Positions 59,353 through 64,000 of a DNA stretch of 64,000 nucleotides are shown here, in pieces. The stretch is taken from assembly GCA_049519175.1 (NCBI GenBank), contig JBEKQZ010000001.1:399679-463678 (forward strand), written 5' to 3'. Positions within the stretch are counted from its first letter, which is position 1; every line of letters begins with the position of its first letter. Under the pieces are notes generated by a model, which was not told the DNA's origin, did not search any database, and saw only the letters and a program-made list of their open reading frames with translations. The position numbers and the translations under genes were made by a program. Source of the DNA: Candidatus Levyibacteriota bacterium. GTDB taxonomy: Bacteria; Patescibacteriota; Microgenomatia; Levybacterales; UBA12049.

Positions 59353-59507
59353 CAGAACTTCTGGATTTCAGTTTGATATAATTTTTTGGATGGCTCCCTT
59401 AATAATCTAGGTTGACCTAGAGCATCCTTAATTAAGGCATAAAGGGGGCGAAACCTTAATCGTTTTATTTACTTTTGAACGTAAAATTGCTATTATCTGA
59501 TAACCTT

Positions 59508-59580
59508 GCTGAGGTAGCCAAGGTGGTCAAGGCACCTGTCTGAAGAACAGGCTATGTCAGTTCGACTCTGACCCTCAGCA
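59508..59580 (+). tRNA. tRNA-Phe(GAA)
   Basis: CCTGT-CT-GAA-GA-ACAGG. Confidence 0.93.
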
Positions 59581-59605
59581 CAATAACTTAATTGTATATC
59601 TAGAA

Positions 59606-59656
59606 GCGGGCGTAGTTCACCGGTAGAACGTCTCCTTGCCAAGGAGAGGAAAGCGG
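59606..59656 (+). pseudogene. 5' fragment of tRNA-Gly(GCC), broken just before the T-loop
   Basis: GCGGGCGTAGTTCACCGGTAGAACGTCTCCTTGCCAAGGAGAGGAAAGCGG, then unrelated sequence. Confidence 0.85.
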
Positions 59657-59689
59657 ACTGGATGAACTACTTTCGTTAGAAACAAATTC

Positions 59690-59761
59690 GCGGGTGTAGT
59701 TCAGTGGTAGAATGCTTCCTTGCCAAGGAAGAGGTCAGCGGTTCGAACCCGCCCACCCGCT
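59690..59761 (+). tRNA. tRNA-Gly(GCC), complete
   Basis: CTTCC-TT-GCC-AA-GGAAG; full cloverleaf; U73. Confidence 0.95.
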
Positions 59762-59863
59762 CAAATAAATGAGTGTTAATAAATAATACTTACGTGTTCC
59801 GACATATTCGGACAATGCAATACAAGGTTTCTTGTGCGTAAGAACTCAAAAGGATGAGTTCTT

Positions 59864-60874
59864 ATGTTACAGGGGAAAAAATTAGAAATAGCGTACCACG
59901 ATTATATTGTCAATTATTCTGCTGAAGCAAATTTAGCTCCTAGTACAGTGGCTAATAAGAATGATGTCCTCAAACGATTGATTGCTTTTCTTGATGGTCG
60001 ACCGTTTAATCTTAATACGTGCCGAGAGTTTATTGCCTATATGTGTAGCCACGGGCGGAAAGCTCCAAATAGCCGCATGGATCTAGTACGGGTTTTAAGA
60101 GCTTTCGTTAATTTTCTTAATAATAATGACTACACAAAAGACAATTTTGCTCACCAGATAGTAAAGCCAAAAATACCCAAAAGAGAATTTGATTATATCG
60201 ATCCTGAAATTGTTGAAAAGATTATTTTAGCGGGAACAGAATATGGTGTAATGGATAATTCAAGGAATCGTGCAATAAAAGATGAAATGCGGGCAGGTTT
60301 ACGATTCATTCTTCGAACAGGGCTGAGGATAAACGAGCTTATTACGCTTAAAGGTAGCGACTTGAACATTTATGATAATCCCCCCACCTTTTGGGTATTA
60401 AGCAAAGGCGGCAACCGTGAACTTCTTCCCCTGCCCAAAGATATGCTTGAAGAGTTAAAAAAGCGTCTAAACTATGACAGACTTTTCAGTGTTACCAGAG
60501 AGACATGTAATTTTGTGCTTAAAAGAGGAGCAAGGAAATTAGGGATAACAACAAAGCTGACAAATCATAGCTTAAGGCATATTTTCGCCTCCAACCTTGT
60601 TAAAAACGGTGTTCCTATCCAAATGGTATCCCGCCTCATGCGTCATAGCAGTGTTGACATTACGGATAAAACGTATACGCATCTTAACGTTAATGATCTA
60701 GCCTTAGTATTGAACAGCAAACAAAAAATTATCGTAGGTGGACTGACTGTTGATGAAGTATTTGATAACGTAGAGAGTGCAATTCTTCAGACTGGCATAA
60801 AGGAAGATAAACGTTTTGCGCTGGATATAAAAGTTGAAAACAATATGTTGCAAATAAAAGTGCAAGTCCAGTGA
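59864..60874 (+). CDS. Tyrosine recombinase / integrase
   Basis: TGLRINE (R), SKGG (K), HSLRH, LMRHSS..IT..Y. Confidence 0.95.
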   Translation: MLQGKKLEIAYHDYIVNYSAEANLAPSTVANKNDVLKRLIAFLDGRPFNLNTCREFIAYMCSHGRKAPNSRMDLVRVLRAFVNFLNNNDYTKDNFAHQIVKPKIPKREFDYIDPEIVEKIILAGTEYGVMDNSRNRAIKDEMRAGLRFILRTGLRINELITLKGSDLNIYDNPPTFWVLSKGGNRELLPLPKDMLEELKKRLNYDRLFSVTRETCNFVLKRGARKLGITTKLTNHSLRHIFASNLVKNGVPIQMVSRLMRHSSVDITDKTYTHLNVNDLALVLNSKQKIIVGGLTVDEVFDNVESAILQTGIKEDKRFALDIKVENNMLQIKVQVQ

Positions 60875-60927
60875 GGAATGTTATTTGTGTCATTTGATTT
60901 TGTTTACTGAGAAAGTTAACAATAATA

Positions 60928-61347
60928 TTATCTTTTCCCCAATCGTTTCCTGCGGTTTGCTTGTTGTATTCTATTACATGCTTTACAATATCTTGTCCCT
61001 TTCTTAAATCTAAGATTTTCTTTATCATATTGATGTCCTCGTGGACAAAATTTTAATAGAACTCCATGTAGTCCTCGTTTCTGATTCTCTTTTGGCGTCA
61101 CTGCTTCAAGATGGTTTGGATTGACACATCTCCTATTTCTACATAAATGGTCAATCTCAAGATTCTCACTAACTTTTCCGTATACGTATTCATATAAAAC
61201 TCTATGTGCCTGTCTTGTTTTATCTTCAAAATAAAACGCCCCATAACCTCTACCAGTTATTCCTCCAATCCAATTCCAACATCTATCAGTCTTCTCGACT
61301 TTCCTCCAGAATCTAGTTAGCCAATCCTCCGTTTTTTTAAATGTCAT
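60928..61347 (-). CDS. Phage-type HNH homing endonuclease
   Basis: RFWRKV..CWNW.G..GYG..AHR..DHLCRNRRCVNPNHL..EN; CPRGH..CKAC. Confidence 0.9.
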   Translation of the reverse strand: MTFKKTEDWLTRFWRKVEKTDRCWNWIGGITGRGYGAFYFEDKTRQAHRVLYEYVYGKVSENLEIDHLCRNRRCVNPNHLEAVTPKENQKRGLHGVLLKFCPRGHQYDKENLRFKKGTRYCKACNRIQQANRRKRLGKR

Positions 61348-61456
61348 AGTTATTTGGTCTAATATATCTAGTATGTATAATATAAATCTATTGCCAAATC
61401 AAGTTTTACATACTTTTACTTGATAATTTTGAGCTCTCTTAGTATGAAGTTTTAGC

Positions 61457-61807
61457 TTAAACAAACCAGTATTTTTTACTGTACTTCTTTGTCATTCCCC
61501 CATACCATTGCACTCGTTCATTAAACATTCCATGTCTGATTAAATCTTCTCGTTTAACACTACTAAAGTTTTCTACAAAGCCTTTAGCTACTCCATCTTT
61601 CTCTCCCCATATCCAAGCTTTTGGTCTGGAATAAGTTGCAAAGATATTGATTGCATTTTTTGCTAGTCTTAGTCTGTCATCACAGAATACCAAAATTTGA
61701 CCGTCTGCTTCGATTACAGCCCTGTTTCTAGCTTGAGCCAATGAATATGTCCCTTTTCTATCAAAATAAATATATTTAATTGACACATCTGTCTTGAAAA
61801 AGAACAT
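61457..61807 (-). pseudogene. GT2 glycosyltransferase fragment
   Basis: ARNRAV..A.G.ILVFCDD and GMFNER..YGG present; N-terminal nucleotide-binding strand and C-terminus missing. Confidence 0.65.
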
Positions 61808-61861
61808 TTCTCATAATAGAGAAAGGTGTTTTTTGTTCACCTTGAGGCTTATCTTCAAATC

Positions 61862-62585
61862 TTAAATAGCTTTGTGTTTTATCATGAAATCCTGGAGAGG
61901 TTTATAAGGTATTCTTTTCAACTTTCCAAAATTGGTATCAAGCTCATAATCTGTTTCTAAAAGCTTTTCTCCTCGTTTCACTTTCCCTCTTGCTTTGTTT
62001 GTAATTACTTTGGGAGTTCCATCTGCCCAAATTCCTCCAGCGTTTTTCAATCTATTGTCACGTGCTTCGATACAGTCTATCATTGGAAATAAATCGAAAT
62101 CTACTATTACAGGATGGCATTCGCCTTCAAATACCTCTATTCTTACTGCTGCCACGAGCAATATGTCTTTAATCAGGTTGGATATTGCTTATTGTGATAT
62201 TTCCTTTAATTCTTGCAGATTGCTCCCTTTTTGTCGGAGGTCTTTTAAGATTGAGCTCCGCATTATCAACAAATAATCCCTTTAACTCTACTCTTTTCCC
62301 TGATTTATGAAGATAATCTGGATAAGTTTCTCTTTGTCCAATAGCTCCAACATATTTTGAGAGACCTAATGATGTTACCTTTTTTTTATTCTCTTCATCC
62401 GTTAACAATAACTCCATTTGAGGTAAAGCAGCATCAAGAATGGTGTTCGTAATTACAGCAATCTGACTAGGTTCAAAGCCAGGAAGTGCGTTTAGTGGTA
62501 TTGAAAGCCATGAAATTTTCAATCCGATAAGAGGCTTAAACTCATTTTTTAGGTCCTTGAGGTCGTTTTGAGTTAATCTCTTCAT
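61862..62585 (-). pseudogene. PD-(D/E)xK restriction endonuclease split by a 1-nt frameshift
   Basis: YPDY...VELK; removing one T near 62170 joins ...NIQPD to KDILLVAAVR... Confidence 0.7.
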
Positions 62586-63225
62586 TTTGCAATATTTGCT
62601 TGTATCTGATAAGAATTTCGTCGGTTCTAGTATACTGCATCCATTCCTGTTTTGCCACAGCAGAGAGTTTTTTATCTATCTCTTTTCTTACGATAAGGTC
62701 CGGAACAGAAACCGGAATTTTTGCTAACATTTCTGCACTGAGCCGTGGTCTTGTTCCCCCACCGCCAAGAGGTAACTTTTTTAAGAATAGTTCTGATTTA
62801 AGATAAAACCACCAAAAGTAAACTAATTCATCTTTTGGCAATATCTGAAGAAACTCAGATTTTGTCGGAAACACAAGCTCTTTTTTCTTTAACCATTTAC
62901 TTTTCGGAGTAACTATTACATTCCCAAGGTAAGCTCTCATAGTTCCGAAAAGCAAGCTATTTTCTGGAGCTGAAGTATAACTTTTTGGGATGTTATCTTT
63001 ATCTTCTTGAGCCTTAAAGACAAAAGACCAATCTTTCGTTATGTTTCTATATTCTATAGGAGTAAGAAAGTAATTTTTTTTAACACTTTTTAGCCTTGTA
63101 ATTTTAACAAGTTTACCTAAATTTTCTATTTCTTTAGAATGTTCATAAAAATAAGGGTCCCAAACTCCCATTATATAAATTTCAGGTTCGATTATTGATA
63201 AAAAACTTATATTATTTTTGACCAT
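62542..63225 (-). CDS. Single-TRD specificity subunit (half HsdS-like)
   Basis: LLFGTMRAYLGNV, GGTRPRLS..L.KIPVSVP...KEI. Confidence 0.75.
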   Translation of the reverse strand: MVKNNISFLSIIEPEIYIMGVWDPYFYEHSKEIENLGKLVKITRLKSVKKNYFLTPIEYRNITKDWSFVFKAQEDKDNIPKSYTSAPENSLLFGTMRAYLGNVIVTPKSKWLKKKELVFPTKSEFLQILPKDELVYFWWFYLKSELFLKKLPLGGGGTRPRLSAEMLAKIPVSVPDLIVRKEIDKKLSAVAKQEWMQYTRTDEILIRYKQILQNEEINSKRPQGPKK

Positions 63226-64000
63226 AACTTTGGAAAATTTTCTTTACTTCTTGATTACTAGCTATCTCACTCAAGAAGTCTTCTTCAAAAGATTTCATTC
63301 TTGAATTTAACTGTATGCCAACAGTCGATGCATAACAAAAAAAATGTTTATCGAGGTTATCTCCCCTTTTCTTTTTAAGAAAGATAATATCAGCACGTGT
63401 TGTTGTATTGGCAGTTAAATGGAAAATACCTTCAGGTAATCCTATTACTCCTAACAAATCGCCTATTTTCTCAACTTCAATTCTGAACCTTCTAAAATCG
63501 TTGTTTGTTATCAAGGAATGTGGTAAGAGACATACCAAAATTCCCCCCGGTTTTAACAGATTTAAACAAACATCTATGAATAAGGCGTCACTATTCCTAT
63601 AGCCTAATTTAAATAAAGCACTTTCATTCTTTATAGTTTCAATTTTCAAGGAAAATGGTGGATTAGCTAATATATAATCGATTTTCCCATAGTACTTTTC
63701 AAATAAATGGTCTGGTTGAAAAATGTTACTATTTATATAGGATTTCTTTTGGGTTTTAGGAGTTGAGAGAGCTAATACTACACGAGAGAGGTCAACTAAA
63801 GATTTATCAATGTCATTTCCTATTAGTTGACATGACGTGTTTCCCCATCTCAAAGACGCTTCATGAAGAAAAGTTCCGCCACCACAAGTTGGGTCCATAA
63901 TTTTGGCATTATTTTTTATCGGAAGTAATGATGCCATTACTCTCGCAATCTTTTGGGGAGTAAAAAACTTCCCCGAATTTGACCTAAATTTGATGCTTAA
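63212..64000 (-). CDS. N6-adenine DNA methyltransferase (HsdM-like), 5' end outside the window
   Basis: GKFFTP, DPTCGGGTF, ANPPF, LPEGIF; frame open to the window edge. Confidence 0.92.
   Translation of the reverse strand, partial: LSIKFRSNSGKFFTPQKIARVMASLLPIKNNAKIMDPTCGGGTFLHEASLRWGNTSCQLIGNDIDKSLVDLSRVVLALSTPKTQKKSYINSNIFQPDHLFEKYYGKIDYILANPPFSLKIETIKNESALFKLGYRNSDALFIDVCLNLLKPGGILVCLLPHSLITNNDFRRFRIEVEKIGDLLGVIGLPEGIFHLTANTTTRADIIFLKKKRGDNLDKHFFCYASTVGIQLNSRMKSFEEDFLSEIASNQEVKKIFQSYGQK

Larger units (their letters stand above)
59657..64000. mobile_element. Tyrosine-integrase island at tRNA-Gly(GCC), extending past the window end
   Basis: Integrase next to the tRNA; HNH, GT fragment and RM cargo; AT-rich. 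Confidence 0.75.

Noticed and set aside
59606-59761. tRNA-Gly with an intron
   Set aside because: The downstream sequence is a full independent tRNA with its own 5' half, not a 3' exon; no group I core visible

Overview
This looks like a 64-kb chromosomal segment of a small-genome Patescibacteria (CPR) bacterium, probably Microgenomates-like. That assignment is inferred from the gene families, the compact layout and the frequent starts without a Shine-Dalgarno site. The backbone carries obgE, uvrA, uvrC, secG, rnhB, a MacAB-like exporter, dinB, typA, rarA, nadD/nadE, a D,D-carboxypeptidase, envelope glycosyl enzymes and 15 tRNA genes plus one truncated tRNA-Gly. Almost all accessory DNA sits next to tRNAs. 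(i) One- to three-gene islets converge on the 3' ends of tRNA-Glu, tRNA-His and tRNA-Gly and share a junction motif. (ii) A ~13.5-kb island at tRNA-Gln has a large serine recombinase, an N4C-type methyltransferase facing a GHKL/MORC-like ATPase, TerS/TerL and a ParB-methylase but no capsid or portal gene, followed by a run of toxin/defence-like cassettes. (iii) Two free-standing LAGLIDADG-like ORFs have their stop codons inside the downstream tRNA. (iv) A tyrosine-integrase island follows a split-and-replaced tRNA-Gly and carries an M+S+R restriction module whose nuclease is frameshifted. Non-coding signals include an orphan sRNA with a perfect sigma70 promoter and three GNRA hairpins, a terminated RNA in front of an NYN ribonuclease, a triple direct-repeat operator over the dinB promoter, and a recurring -10 box placed 6 nt before start codons (leaderless pattern). 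All calls are from visual motif recognition; no searches were run.
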